Positions 34,819 through 45,900 of a stretch of DNA of 64,000 nucleotides are shown here, piece after piece. This stretch comes from a virus (Duplodnaviria > Caudoviricetes). Location of the stretch: positions 32,001-96,000 of the IMG/VR virus record IMGVR_UViG_3300026549_000040, one strand, 5' to 3'. Every line of letters starts with the position of its first letter. Position 1 is the first letter of the stretch. The position numbers and the translations under genes were made by a program. The notes under the pieces were generated by a model. The model was not told where the DNA came from and ran no database searches. It worked only from the letters and a program-made list of their open reading frames with translations.

Positions 34819-36237
34819 ATGTCATTTCATGTATATAATACAAAAAATCAAGCACTAAAAGCGAATAAACTATCTGAGATATTATCTTATATATCTGAAG
34901 ATTTTGCTGGAGTGATAACTGATGATTGGAGTGTTGGTGCTTTTGATAATCCAACACAAATAGAATACTCAGAAGTAGGATCCCCAACTGGAAATCCAAA
35001 AACAAGTAATTATTATGAATTTACAGATGGAATTGGATATTTCCCTTCACAAGATATGTCTGTTGTAGAAGGAAAAACTTATTATACTTATAATAATTAT
35101 TGGATATGGCACCCAGATTTAAGAGATAAAGAAATAACTTTTATAGGTGCTGGAATAAATATAGGATATGATGTACCTACGCCAGATTTTGAAGAAAGCA
35201 GTGGTTACTGGCCGTATGAGTCTGGAGATAAAGAATATCTGTACGGAATAGATGTAATAGTTCCTGGTGATAATTCTTCAATTGCATCAGATGCAGGTAG
35301 AGTGTGGTTATGCACAGTAAGTTGTGATTCTATATCACAAGCTGATATTTATATAATAGTAGATAATCCTGCTGGTAATCCTGTTGAGAATGGTTATTAT
35401 GAATATACTGGTTCTGAATTCCAATTAACTGAAGATGAACAAGTAGTTTCAGGTAAGATATATTATTATGTAATAAAAGATGAAGCTATAAAAGTTACTA
35501 ATGCTAGTTTTCCTAACAGAGCCGATAGTACAGCTGGGAATATTCTTGTTAGTTCCTTTGAATATTATGGTAATACTGTATGGGTTCAGAGGTCTTTAGT
35601 TTATAATGGTATGCAAGCAAGAAGATTTTTTATACCTATTTGCTATAGATCTGTAAATAGTCTAGGTGGATACTATAGTAATAATATTATATTCAGGAGA
35701 GATAAGCAAAGCTATAACTCATTCCTATCTGCAAGAACTTATTATAATTTATTAAATGAACTCAGTGGTAAGTTTGTTCATAGATCCGGTGGTCCTAAAG
35801 TTGGTGATATTGGAAATCTTAATATAACGAATAGCACTATTAGCAGTAATCAAGGTGATTCGATAGAAAACATGGTTTCTATAAATAGACCACATGTTAC
35901 AGGGTTGTCTGTTATAGATAATAAATATCCTGAGGTTTCTAATATTATAATGTTAGGTGGAACTGGGGAAGCCAATGATGACACTGACCCAGATAGAATA
36001 GGGTGTAAAAAAGGTAGACTATATAGAACACCTGATAATTGGTATATTCCAGTTACTCATGGTGGTACTAGTGCTACAGAACAATACCAAGCTAGAAGAA
36101 ATTTAGGATTTTATTTTGGTAAAAGTATACCTACTGCCGATCCAAAATTAAATGGTACACCTGGATATTTATACTCAACACCGGTAAAAGTTGATAATCA
36201 GCCAGATTATGGCAGAGTATGGTTTAGGATTCTATAA
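34819..36237 (+). CDS. virion structural protein (tail/baseplate)
   Basis: repeated GNP...YYE...GK.YY; PVTHGGTSAT...ARRNLG fibre motif. Confidence 0.55.
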   Translation: MSFHVYNTKNQALKANKLSEILSYISEDFAGVITDDWSVGAFDNPTQIEYSEVGSPTGNPKTSNYYEFTDGIGYFPSQDMSVVEGKTYYTYNNYWIWHPDLRDKEITFIGAGINIGYDVPTPDFEESSGYWPYESGDKEYLYGIDVIVPGDNSSIASDAGRVWLCTVSCDSISQADIYIIVDNPAGNPVENGYYEYTGSEFQLTEDEQVVSGKIYYYVIKDEAIKVTNASFPNRADSTAGNILVSSFEYYGNTVWVQRSLVYNGMQARRFFIPICYRSVNSLGGYYSNNIIFRRDKQSYNSFLSARTYYNLLNELSGKFVHRSGGPKVGDIGNLNITNSTISSNQGDSIENMVSINRPHVTGLSVIDNKYPEVSNIIMLGGTGEANDDTDPDRIGCKKGRLYRTPDNWYIPVTHGGTSATEQYQARRNLGFYFGKSIPTADPKLNGTPGYLYSTPVKVDNQPDYGRVWFRIL

Positions 36238-36239
36238 TA

Positions 36240-37646
36240 ATGTCAAGCATTAAAAAACATTGGGATGATGCTGGATATAGACCAGGACAAAGACAAGATT
36301 TAGAAATAACCTTTGTTTCCCGTAAAGGTAATAAAGTTAAGATTAAATGGGAATTAAAGGTACGGTCTAATGGTACTGATATGTATCATTATAATACACG
36401 TCATAATAAAGCCAGCATTTATTCTCCTAAAGACAACAAAAGATCTTCAGAAACATATCAGGCTAGAGGTACTAATGATAAAGCTACTGTGTCTGATTCA
36501 TTTACGATGACAGTAGAAAACGATACAGATAAGATAGATTTTTGGTACAAAAACAAAAGAGTATGGGTTAAGCATACTGATGCTTACGAACCAAGAAGTA
36601 CTGGTGTTGTTGATAAAACCAAAGTAGGTACTTTATCTATTCCTAAAAATGTAAAGCACACTATAAAATTTGTAGGTGTTGTTAATAAGTATGAAAAAGA
36701 ATATTCTGTTTATGATGAAAATTCTTTTACTATACCTAAGTTATCTCCAACGTCTAGTTATTATGATTTTAAAGGTTGGACGACAAAAAAGTATAGTAAT
36801 ACTTTAAAAAATATAAAAGCGGCTAAGGTAGACACTTCTACAGGTCATAAAATAGATAGTGTTGAAAAAAGTATAACTTATTATGCTGTATGGCGTCCTA
36901 AGACTATTTATTATTATTTCTGGGATAAAGGAAGTAAATCTCCAAATCCATCTTATAAGATAAAACATACTTATGGTACACCTACATCAATGCCTAATGG
37001 AGATACTCATTTAAAAGGTAAGTATAAAGTAGATGGGTATTCTTTTAAGCATTGGTTACTGTTGCCAGATAAAAAAGTTAAATATAAAGCTAATAGTGAT
37101 TGTTCAGAATGGGTTAAAGGCTCAAGTAACCATGTAAGTTTTTCTCCATATAGAGAAGCAGATGCCAATAGAATAGAATTTATATTTAATAATCCTAATG
37201 GAGATAAACGAATATTTACAGGTGATGAAGCATATTATACTGATTCTAAGTTTAATATGTCAAAAGCATTAACAAATTCAAATGGTGAACAAAAGTTCAC
37301 TCCTACAACTGCTTGGCCTGGATATAATTTAGTTGGATGGTCTACAACTCCTTTAGACATAGAAGATCCAGGTAAAAGCTCATCTAGTGGAAAACATACA
37401 TCTGCATCAAGCAACGACACTAATAAGTCTTTTACTATTTACCCTGTATCTGGAATTATAGATAAATTTGATTATTCTTATTTTAAAGATCATAAATTAA
37501 CTTTATATGCTTATTATGAGTATTATACTACAACCTATGTATACACACAAGATGGTTGGAAATTAGCAATGCCTTATGTCTACACAAAAGATGGTTGGAA
37601 GATGGCAATGGCATACGTATACACAAAAGATGGTTGGAAGATATAG
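36240..37646 (+). CDS. virion protein with InlB-B-like repeats and C-terminal 3x YVYTxDGWK
   Basis: FKGW/FKHW/LVGW repeats. Confidence 0.55.
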   Translation: MSSIKKHWDDAGYRPGQRQDLEITFVSRKGNKVKIKWELKVRSNGTDMYHYNTRHNKASIYSPKDNKRSSETYQARGTNDKATVSDSFTMTVENDTDKIDFWYKNKRVWVKHTDAYEPRSTGVVDKTKVGTLSIPKNVKHTIKFVGVVNKYEKEYSVYDENSFTIPKLSPTSSYYDFKGWTTKKYSNTLKNIKAAKVDTSTGHKIDSVEKSITYYAVWRPKTIYYYFWDKGSKSPNPSYKIKHTYGTPTSMPNGDTHLKGKYKVDGYSFKHWLLLPDKKVKYKANSDCSEWVKGSSNHVSFSPYREADANRIEFIFNNPNGDKRIFTGDEAYYTDSKFNMSKALTNSNGEQKFTPTTAWPGYNLVGWSTTPLDIEDPGKSSSSGKHTSASSNDTNKSFTIYPVSGIIDKFDYSYFKDHKLTLYAYYEYYTTTYVYTQDGWKLAMPYVYTKDGWKMAMAYVYTKDGWKI

Positions 37647-37656
37647 ATAGACTAGA

Positions 37657-39681
37657 ATGATAGATAACCTTAAAGAATTAGAAAATTTAAGTAGAGAAGA
37701 AAAAGAAGAAGTTCTTAAAATATTAGACCAGATATATGACTCAGGCGCTTCAGAAGAATATAATAAATTATTATTAGAAGATTACGAAGAAATACCAGTA
37801 GATATTGAAACTTTTTTAAGAGATAAAAAATATCTCGGTAAAGGCTTAATAAATGATGAAGGAAAGTTTACAGTTTATACTTATTGGGAAGATATGCTAA
37901 AGATTATATTTCCAGATCCTTTACTTCCTGCACAGTATAATACATTAGCTCTTACTGGATCAATTGGTATTGGTAAATCTTTTGTAGCTGTTTTATGCAT
38001 GCTCTATGAATTATACAGAATGTTATGCCTAAAAGATCCTTATGTATATTATGGTCTACAACCTATAGACAAAATTACTTTTGCAGTTATGAATATAACA
38101 TTGGATGCAAGTAAAGGTGTAGCGTGGGATAAAATGCAACAACTATTACAGTCATCTGAATGGTTTTTATCAAAAGGGTCTGTAAGAGGGGATATAAATA
38201 TTGAGTGGAGTCCAAGTAAGAATATAGAACTTATTGCTGGTTCATTAAGTAGACATATAATTGGTCGTGCAGTATTTAGTGCGTTTTTTGATGAAGTTTC
38301 ATTTCAACCTAATCAAGATGTTGAGAAACAAAAGGAAAAAGCAAAAGCATTAGTTAATACTGCAAATGCTCGTATGCAGTCCAGATTTATGAAAGGTGAT
38401 AAAAATCCTACTCTATTAATTCTTGCTTCTTCAAAAAGAACAGAACAATCTTATATGGAAACTTTCATTGAGAATAAGAAGAAAAATGAAAGTAAAACAA
38501 CGTATGTTGTAGATGAACCACAGTGGGTTATAAGAGAAGATAAAAAAAGTTCTGTTACTTTTAAGGTTGCAATAGGGAATAAATTCTTAGCATCAGAAGT
38601 AGTACCACTAACTGCTACTGAGAAAGATATACAAATATATCGTGATAGGGGTTACAAAATATTAGATGTACCAATTGGGTATTATGAAAACTTTATAGAT
38701 GATATTGATATTGCATTAACCGATATTGCTGGTATATCAACAACAAGTAGCAGTAGGTATTTATCAGGTCCAAGAATAGCAGCAATAAAAAATAATACAT
38801 TAAAGAATCCATTCTCAAATGATATATTAGAGATTGGTAATAATCCAGAAGATAATACGCAGTATTACGATCATTTTGATTTAGATAGTATAGATAAAAC
38901 TTTATTACAATATCCTTTATACATACATTTAGATATGTCTATATCTGGAGATAAGACAGGTATTGCAGGTGTTTGGATAAAAGGAAAGAAGCCTCCAGTT
39001 GAAGGACAGCCTCCTTCTAAAGAACTATTTTTTCAACCAGCATTTGTAGTATCTATAAAAGCTCCAAAAGGTTATCAGATAAGTTTTGAAAAAAATAGAC
39101 AATTTATTTATTGGTTAAAGGATAATGGTTTTAATATACGAGGAGTATCATTCGACTCTTTCCAATCTGCAGATATGAAACAACAACTTGCAGGTAAAGG
39201 ATTTGAAGTTGAGACGATATCCGTTGATAAAACTAAAGACAATATTTGTCAACCTTACCAATATTTAAAAAATACTATCTATGAAGAGAGATTAACTTTA
39301 TTTGAAAATACTCTACTAACAGAAGAATTATTAGGATTAGAAAGAAATAATTCAAATGGTAAGATAGATCATACTCCAAGTGGTATAAACTCAAAGGACT
39401 CTGCTGATGCTCTTTGTGGTGCAATATGGAACGCTTCACAGCATGGAGAAGAATTTGATTTTGAATTTGGAGAAACATTAGATACCATAGTAGACGTTTC
39501 TGAACAAAATACGATAAAAGATGAAGGCAAGCAGCTTATGATAGATTTTGAAGATGAATTAAAAAGAGCAGCAAACGCTTTTGGTGAAAGCCTAAAAAGA
39601 AAAGATAATAATTATACAGATTTTGGTTTAGGGGCTTCTACAACAGATTATATGCTGTATGGTGATTGTTTAATAATATAA
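37657..39681 (+). CDS. terL: terminase large subunit
   Basis: GSIGIGKS Walker A, FFDE Walker B, ASS motif III, HLDMS and KDSADA nuclease motifs. Confidence 0.88.
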   Translation: MIDNLKELENLSREEKEEVLKILDQIYDSGASEEYNKLLLEDYEEIPVDIETFLRDKKYLGKGLINDEGKFTVYTYWEDMLKIIFPDPLLPAQYNTLALTGSIGIGKSFVAVLCMLYELYRMLCLKDPYVYYGLQPIDKITFAVMNITLDASKGVAWDKMQQLLQSSEWFLSKGSVRGDINIEWSPSKNIELIAGSLSRHIIGRAVFSAFFDEVSFQPNQDVEKQKEKAKALVNTANARMQSRFMKGDKNPTLLILASSKRTEQSYMETFIENKKKNESKTTYVVDEPQWVIREDKKSSVTFKVAIGNKFLASEVVPLTATEKDIQIYRDRGYKILDVPIGYYENFIDDIDIALTDIAGISTTSSSRYLSGPRIAAIKNNTLKNPFSNDILEIGNNPEDNTQYYDHFDLDSIDKTLLQYPLYIHLDMSISGDKTGIAGVWIKGKKPPVEGQPPSKELFFQPAFVVSIKAPKGYQISFEKNRQFIYWLKDNGFNIRGVSFDSFQSADMKQQLAGKGFEVETISVDKTKDNICQPYQYLKNTIYEERLTLFENTLLTEELLGLERNNSNGKIDHTPSGINSKDSADALCGAIWNASQHGEEFDFEFGETLDTIVDVSEQNTIKDEGKQLMIDFEDELKRAANAFGESLKRKDNNYTDFGLGASTTDYMLYGDCLII

Positions 39682-39712
39682 AGAAGTGGAATGATACTAA
39701 GTTGGTGATAAA

Positions 39713-41620
39713 ATGGCAGAAGTAGATAACAACATTTTTAATAAAGAAAATGATAAGATAGGTCAAAAAATAAATCCCATGCCAGTACCAGAAACTAATA
39801 TAGGTGTGGATACAGATAATGACTTTTTTAAGGATATAGCAAATTTAGGGGATTCTTCTAGTATTGATATAACAACTATAAATAGTTTTTCACAACTATC
39901 AAATAGTAGAGAAACTTTATATCAAGTCTTAGATACCATGGCTCAAGATTCCACCGTATCTGCTATATTAGAAATATATGCAGAAGACGCTACAGAACAA
40001 AACGAACAAGGTCAAACAGTTTGGGTTGAATCTGATGATGCTAATATTGCTAAATATGTTACTTTCTTATTAAATAGTTTGAATGTAGAAAAGAATATAT
40101 ATAGATGGGTATACTCATTATGTAAGTATGGGGATTTATATTTAAAGCTATTCAGACAATCTGATTTTGATGATGATTTATTAAAAGACGAAGATAAGAG
40201 TGTGTTAAATGAAAAGTTTAATAATATAAGTGAAGTACCGTCAGAAAAACAGAATCTTGATGAGAATGTAATTGTAAAAGCATATAGAAAAGATGATAGA
40301 TTAGTTAATTTTGTTGAAATGGTTTACAACCCAGGAGAGATGTTTGAATTAACTAAATTCGGCAAGAGTTATGCTTACATAAAAACAAATACGTTACCTG
40401 TTCTTCATCAGCAAGATAATCCTATTATTTCTTCTTACTATTTATATAAAATGCGTAAGAGAGATGTAGAAGTATATAATGCAGTAAGTTATGTGCATGC
40501 AGCTTTAACTGATGATACACCGAGAATACCTGAACAAGTACAGATATTTAATGGTGAAGATTTATCTAAAGATAGTGATTCAAATACCTATACTGTAAAC
40601 AGAGGACAATCTTTATTATTTAGCTCTTATAAGATATGGCGTCAGATGATGCTTCTTGAAAATGCTTTATTATTAAATAGATTAACCAAGTCTTCTATAT
40701 TAAGAGTTATAGAAGTGGAAGTTGCAGATATGCCTAAAGAAAGAGTTCAACCTTATCTGCAAAGAGTTAAAACATTAGTAGAGCAAAAAACCTCATTAAG
40801 CGATGGGGATAAGATATCTGAATATACAAATCCAGGCTCTATGGAAAATAATATTTATGTTCCTACCAGAGGTGGTATTGGTGCTATAAATACTCAACAA
40901 ATTGGTGGTGATGTAAATGTTAAAGATATTGCTGATATAGATTATTTTAAGAATAAGTTCTATGGAAGTATGAAAATTCCAAAGCAGTATTTAGGAGATA
41001 CTGATGATGCTACAGGATTTAACGGTGGTACTTCATTATCTATAGTATCTTCCAGGTATGCTAAAACTGTAAAAAGAGTTCAAGCTACTATACGACAAAT
41101 GTTAACTGACGTAGTTAATATTCTTCTAATAGACAGAGGTTTAGACTCTTATGTAAATAAGTTTACATTACAGATGCAAGAGCCAGTTACACAAGAAGAG
41201 TTAGATAAGAGAGATAGTTTATCTTCTGAAATTCAGATAACAGATGATTTAATGAGAATGGTAGGTGATATAGAAGATCCTATCATTAAGTTAAAAATAC
41301 TAAAAGCTTTATTATCAAAAGTTATATCTAACCAAGAAGTTATAAGTCTTATACAAGAAACTATTGAAAGCCTAGAGAGTGCTAATGAAGAACAAACTCC
41401 TGATGCAGGTGATGATGAATTTGGGGATGATGACTTATTTGGTGACATAGGTGGTGGTTCTGGTGGAGCCGGAATGGATTCAGACTTTGATTTTGGAGAT
41501 GAATCAGATTTTGGTGATATTGATAATGATGTTGGTGGTGAAACTGATATGGATACTTCTTCAGGTGACAGTTTACCATCCCCAGCTGACTTAAGTGCTG
41601 GTGATTTCACAGAGTTATAA
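39713..41620 (+). CDS. portal protein (T4 gp20-like)
   Basis: LCKYGD.YL, LENALLLNR, NIYVP.RG, DIDYF.NK. Confidence 0.88.
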   Translation: MAEVDNNIFNKENDKIGQKINPMPVPETNIGVDTDNDFFKDIANLGDSSSIDITTINSFSQLSNSRETLYQVLDTMAQDSTVSAILEIYAEDATEQNEQGQTVWVESDDANIAKYVTFLLNSLNVEKNIYRWVYSLCKYGDLYLKLFRQSDFDDDLLKDEDKSVLNEKFNNISEVPSEKQNLDENVIVKAYRKDDRLVNFVEMVYNPGEMFELTKFGKSYAYIKTNTLPVLHQQDNPIISSYYLYKMRKRDVEVYNAVSYVHAALTDDTPRIPEQVQIFNGEDLSKDSDSNTYTVNRGQSLLFSSYKIWRQMMLLENALLLNRLTKSSILRVIEVEVADMPKERVQPYLQRVKTLVEQKTSLSDGDKISEYTNPGSMENNIYVPTRGGIGAINTQQIGGDVNVKDIADIDYFKNKFYGSMKIPKQYLGDTDDATGFNGGTSLSIVSSRYAKTVKRVQATIRQMLTDVVNILLIDRGLDSYVNKFTLQMQEPVTQEELDKRDSLSSEIQITDDLMRMVGDIEDPIIKLKILKALLSKVISNQEVISLIQETIESLESANEEQTPDAGDDEFGDDDLFGDIGGGSGGAGMDSDFDFGDESDFGDIDNDVGGETDMDTSSGDSLPSPADLSAGDFTEL

Positions 41621-41635
41621 AATGTAAATAAATTA

Positions 41636-42056
41636 TTGGCTATGCCAAGGATGTCTGAATAATGATTGATTATAGATTATATATTAGAGAAAGTATAGAA
41701 TCAGATGTTTTATATCATGCTACTTTTGGTTATTACTTAGATAATATAACTACTAATGGGTTGATGCCAAATAATACACAAAATTATTCTGATTCAAAAG
41801 ATAATTGTGTATATCTAGCAAATGATTTAGATGTGGCCGCTTCTTACTGTGAAGCGGCTGAAGTAGATGATGAAATATATGATTCTGGTATCTATATAAT
41901 ATATATAGATACAAGTAGGCTAGATGATTCAAAATTAATTGAAGACGAAAATGTATTAGATGATGATAGTACATTTGAGTATCATGGGGTAATTAAACCT
42001 AATTGCTTTTTAAAAATAGAAGAGTATGACTAGATAAAATTTGGCTATGCCAAGGA
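41636..42056 (+). repeat. 16-bp direct repeats TTGGCTATGCCAAGGA flanking one gene
   Basis: copies at 41636-41651 and 42041-42056. Confidence 0.85.
41662..42033 (+). CDS. ADP-ribosyltransferase-fold (Tpt1/KptA-like) protein
   Basis: LYHAT...I...GL.P...VYLA.D...A..Y...FEY.G.I.P. Confidence 0.6.
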   Translation: MIDYRLYIRESIESDVLYHATFGYYLDNITTNGLMPNNTQNYSDSKDNCVYLANDLDVAASYCEAAEVDDEIYDSGIYIIYIDTSRLDDSKLIEDENVLDDDSTFEYHGVIKPNCFLKIEEYD

Positions 42057-42065
42057 GAATATAGA

Positions 42066-42530
42066 ATGATAACTAAAAATGATTGTTTGATACTGCTAGT
42101 TGAGTTAAAAGAAAATTTACCAGATAAAACAGAAGAAATAGATAACTATATTAAGAAATTAGTAATATCTTCTCAACCTACTATTGATATTATAAGGTAC
42201 ATAAATGATAACAAAGAGTTGAACCTTAGAAGTTTTTATGAGAAGTTAAGAAAGAGTTATAATCAAGGACATTCTAAGTTATATAAAAATATAGTTAATG
42301 AAACGTCTTTAGAACCTAAAGAACTTATTTGTTGTTTAGGTGCTTTACAGCAACAGGTATTATTATACTATAAATTATTAGATGATATTTCATTCTTAAA
42401 ACAAGCAAGATTTGATGAAATTTCTAAGTGCTTATTACATTATTATAAGACAGGCGATATAATACAGTGTCAAAAGTTATTAGAGTTATTCAAAGCAGAT
42501 TTAAAGTTTATGGAAGAGATAAGTAAATAA
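42066..42530 (+). CDS. hypothetical helical protein
   Basis: ORF with AAGGAG SD. Confidence 0.65.
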   Translation: MITKNDCLILLVELKENLPDKTEEIDNYIKKLVISSQPTIDIIRYINDNKELNLRSFYEKLRKSYNQGHSKLYKNIVNETSLEPKELICCLGALQQQVLLYYKLLDDISFLKQARFDEISKCLLHYYKTGDIIQCQKLLELFKADLKFMEEISK

Positions 42531-42582
42531 TAAATTGAAGTAATAAATTCAAATTTTACACGATAAAAATACTTGAATTTAT

Positions 42583-42598
42583 TGCTAAATTAGTATAT
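42583..42598 (+). promoter_or_regulatory. TGCTAAATTA putative late promoter
   Basis: upstream of bS21/protease/capsid genes. Confidence 0.55.
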
Positions 42599-42635
42599 AA
42601 TTACAAAATATAACTAAGAGAGGAAGTGATTAAAC

Positions 42636-42893
42636 TTGGCACAAGTTTACGTTAAGAAGATTAATAAAAATGACTATCAATCACAGGCTGAATATAGAGA
42701 TGCTTGTGCTGATAATGTAGAAGCTGCAATAAAATTATTTAGAAAAAAAGTTGCTAACGAAGGTATTATGAAAGAAGTACAAGATAGAATGTACTACGTT
42801 AGCAAGGGTGAAAAAAGACGAAAAGCCGCTAAGATAGGCAGAAGAAAGCAGCTAAAGAAAATGTATCGTGATAGACGTTTTTATAAGGACTAA
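42636..42893 (+). CDS. rpsU: ribosomal protein bS21 homologue
   Basis: NVEAAIKLFRKKVANEGIMKEV..R.YY....EKRRK; TTG start. Confidence 0.85.
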   Translation: MAQVYVKKINKNDYQSQAEYRDACADNVEAAIKLFRKKVANEGIMKEVQDRMYYVSKGEKRRKAAKIGRRKQLKKMYRDRRFYKD

Positions 42894-42968
42894 AAGTAAT
42901 ATAGTATAACAGAGAGTTTACATAGAATTAGCAGTATTTATATTACTGTATAAGGACTATAAATTATA

Positions 42969-45900
42969 ATGTTAGAATCATTAAAACATGAAGATTTACA
43001 ATTTCAAGAATTAAGTCCAGAAGAAAAACAAGCTAGAGGTATATTAGCTAGATTATCAGGACCAATAGCTAGTTTTACAAAGGGCACTAGAAATGGACGT
43101 AAGTATTCAGATAAATTATGGGAAAAGGCATTTGATTCACCATTAGTTAAAGAAATGTTTTCTAATGGTGGTTTACCAGGTGAATTACAGCATCCTGCAG
43201 ATAGATCAGAAACTGATCCAACTAAAATTGCTATTATGATGCCAGAGCCTCCTAAGAAAGATTCAAACGGACACTTAGTTGCATCTGTTGATATATTAGA
43301 TACACCATGTGGACAGATTGCATATCAATTAGGAAAATATGGTTTTAAGTTTGGGATCAGTTCAAGAGGAGAAGGAGATCTTATACAAGATTTCTCAGGA
43401 GAAGAATCTGTAGATCCTGATACATATACATTAAATGCTTTTGACCTTGTATTAATTCCAGCATGTGAGGATGCAAGATTACAATTTACAGAAAGTTTAA
43501 ATTCAAAGACTTCTACCAATACAAATATTAGATCTATATTAAGTGAAGCTTTAAATAGTGCTTCTGATAAAGATAGAAAAATAATGGAAGAGGCTATTGA
43601 TGAATTAGATCTAAGTGATAACTATCAATTTGTAGAAACTTATAATGGTGAGGATATCTATTTTGATCCAGAAACTAAAAAGTATATTGTAGGTACGATT
43701 GATAATGAAACCGTATTAAATTCTATTAAAAATGCCAGAGAGTACATAGATAGATATTTAACAGAAGCTTCTAATGGGTCTAAAGAATTTGTAATAGAAT
43801 TTTTATATGATGAATATAATGATATGACAGATGAATCAGATCATAATCTATTAGGTCATATTAAAGTACGTGCTTCTTCTGAATCTGATGCTCTACAAAA
43901 AGCTAAAGAGTATTTATCTTCTACTGGTTATCATGATGCTTTGAATATAAGACATCTTAAAATAAGTAATGATAATTACTCAAATATTCCTTTAGTAGAA
44001 GAACAAGTTGGTAGAGAAGAAACAAAAGTTAATACAAAGCCAAGTGAGATTCTTCAAAATAAATCTGAAGATGATTCTGAAGACAATAAAGAAGAAGTAT
44101 CTAATAATATGAATCAAGTGGTAGCACAAGATGAAGAGGATAAAGATTTACTTGAAGAAGCATTAACTCCAGAAGAAAAGATGGATTTATGGCATGATGG
44201 TAAACGTCGTGAAAATATAAAAGCTTGTGGTGATAGAAAACTTGTTAAGTATAGACATATATGCTTACAAAATGGTTATGATAAAGAAGTAGAGATTATA
44301 GAAAAAGAGCTTGAAAAAAGAGGAATTCCAAAAGAGCTTTATGAATCTATGGATACTAGAGAAGATGATGAACCAAAGAGAGCTTCTTGGGATACTGATT
44401 TCCATAGATTAGACGTAGAGTATAATCATAATTTTAAACAATTTAAAGATATGGAAAAAGAAAGTGGTGTTATTAGAGACTTCATAGATGATTTAAAAGC
44501 CTCTGGAAAAGATTATGATATATATGAACACCATTCAGACCCAGGCTGTACTATATTCTTTAATGAATCTTTAACTAAATCTTTAACTGAGGATGAAGAT
44601 AACGAAGAGGATGATACAGATTTCTTTGCTCCATATTGGGAAGATTTAAATGGCACTGAACAAAGTGCAGCTGAAGCAGCATTAGCCGAAATTAAAAGAG
44701 GTTCATCTATAGAAGATGCAGTACATGGTGCAGTTACCATGTATAATGAAGCTAATGAAGATGACGAATATTCTGAAGAAGATTTCTTTATGGAAGAAGC
44801 CGATTATAAAAAAGTATTAGATTATGTTAAAGCTCATGAAAATGTAGATGAATCATTAACTGAGGCTAAAATGGGTATGTATTCCTATATTTATGGTGTT
44901 CATGCACACCCTAATGGAAACGATAGAATACTGGCTGGTTCCAGAGATCTAGATGAGATAACAAGATCTGGCATAAAACAGGCAAAGAAAATATTCAAAA
45001 ACCCATTTATGACAGATAAAGAGAAATATGATTATTTAGATACTATGTATATATCTAATGATGATACAGAAGAAATTGATGTTTCTCCTGAATTTGATGA
45101 TTATGTAGATGGTTTAATGTCAGAACTATCATCAAGGATAAATAAGAGTTCAAATAAATTTAATGAAGGTGCTATAACTCCTAAAAAGAAGATACCATTA
45201 ACTGCTAAAGAATTTAAATACACAATGTCTTATAATGGTGAATCATCTGATATAAATTCAGCTGTAGTTATTATTCCTAATGGCATTAAACTTGGTGATG
45301 GATCTTTTATGGATGCCGTAGTTCATTGTGAAGATACTAATGGAGAGGAAATAAATTTTAATTCTGTTAGTGAGGCACAAGATTGGATTGATACTTATGG
45401 TGATGATTGCCTTTATAGAATAGATAATGGTAATGAATTATATGCAACACCATCACAAGCATATGATATTGACAATAGTGAGGAATTAACTGAAGATAAA
45501 TACACTCGTGATGAGTTATTTGATAAATTTGGTACTGATAATTTAGATATTATCAATGCTGGAAATGAAGAAACTGTAGAACTTGCAGACGACAATGACG
45601 TGGCAATGGTAGAACAGCTTCAAAATATATTAAAACAAAATAAATCTTTAGAAGAAAAGGTAAAGACTCTTCAAGAAAAACTTTCAGTTGGCTATGCGAA
45701 GGAAATGGAATTAAAAGAAGAGATTGATACTTATAAACAAAAAGTATCTAAGTTATCTAAGAAAACTAAAGAGATAAAAGTTTTAACTGAGAAATTATCT
45801 AACGCTGAGAGGAAGATGAAAGATGCTAATTCTCAAGCAGATGGTAAAATCTCAACTCTTAATGAATCTATATCTGCTAAAGATTATGAGAATAAAGGTC

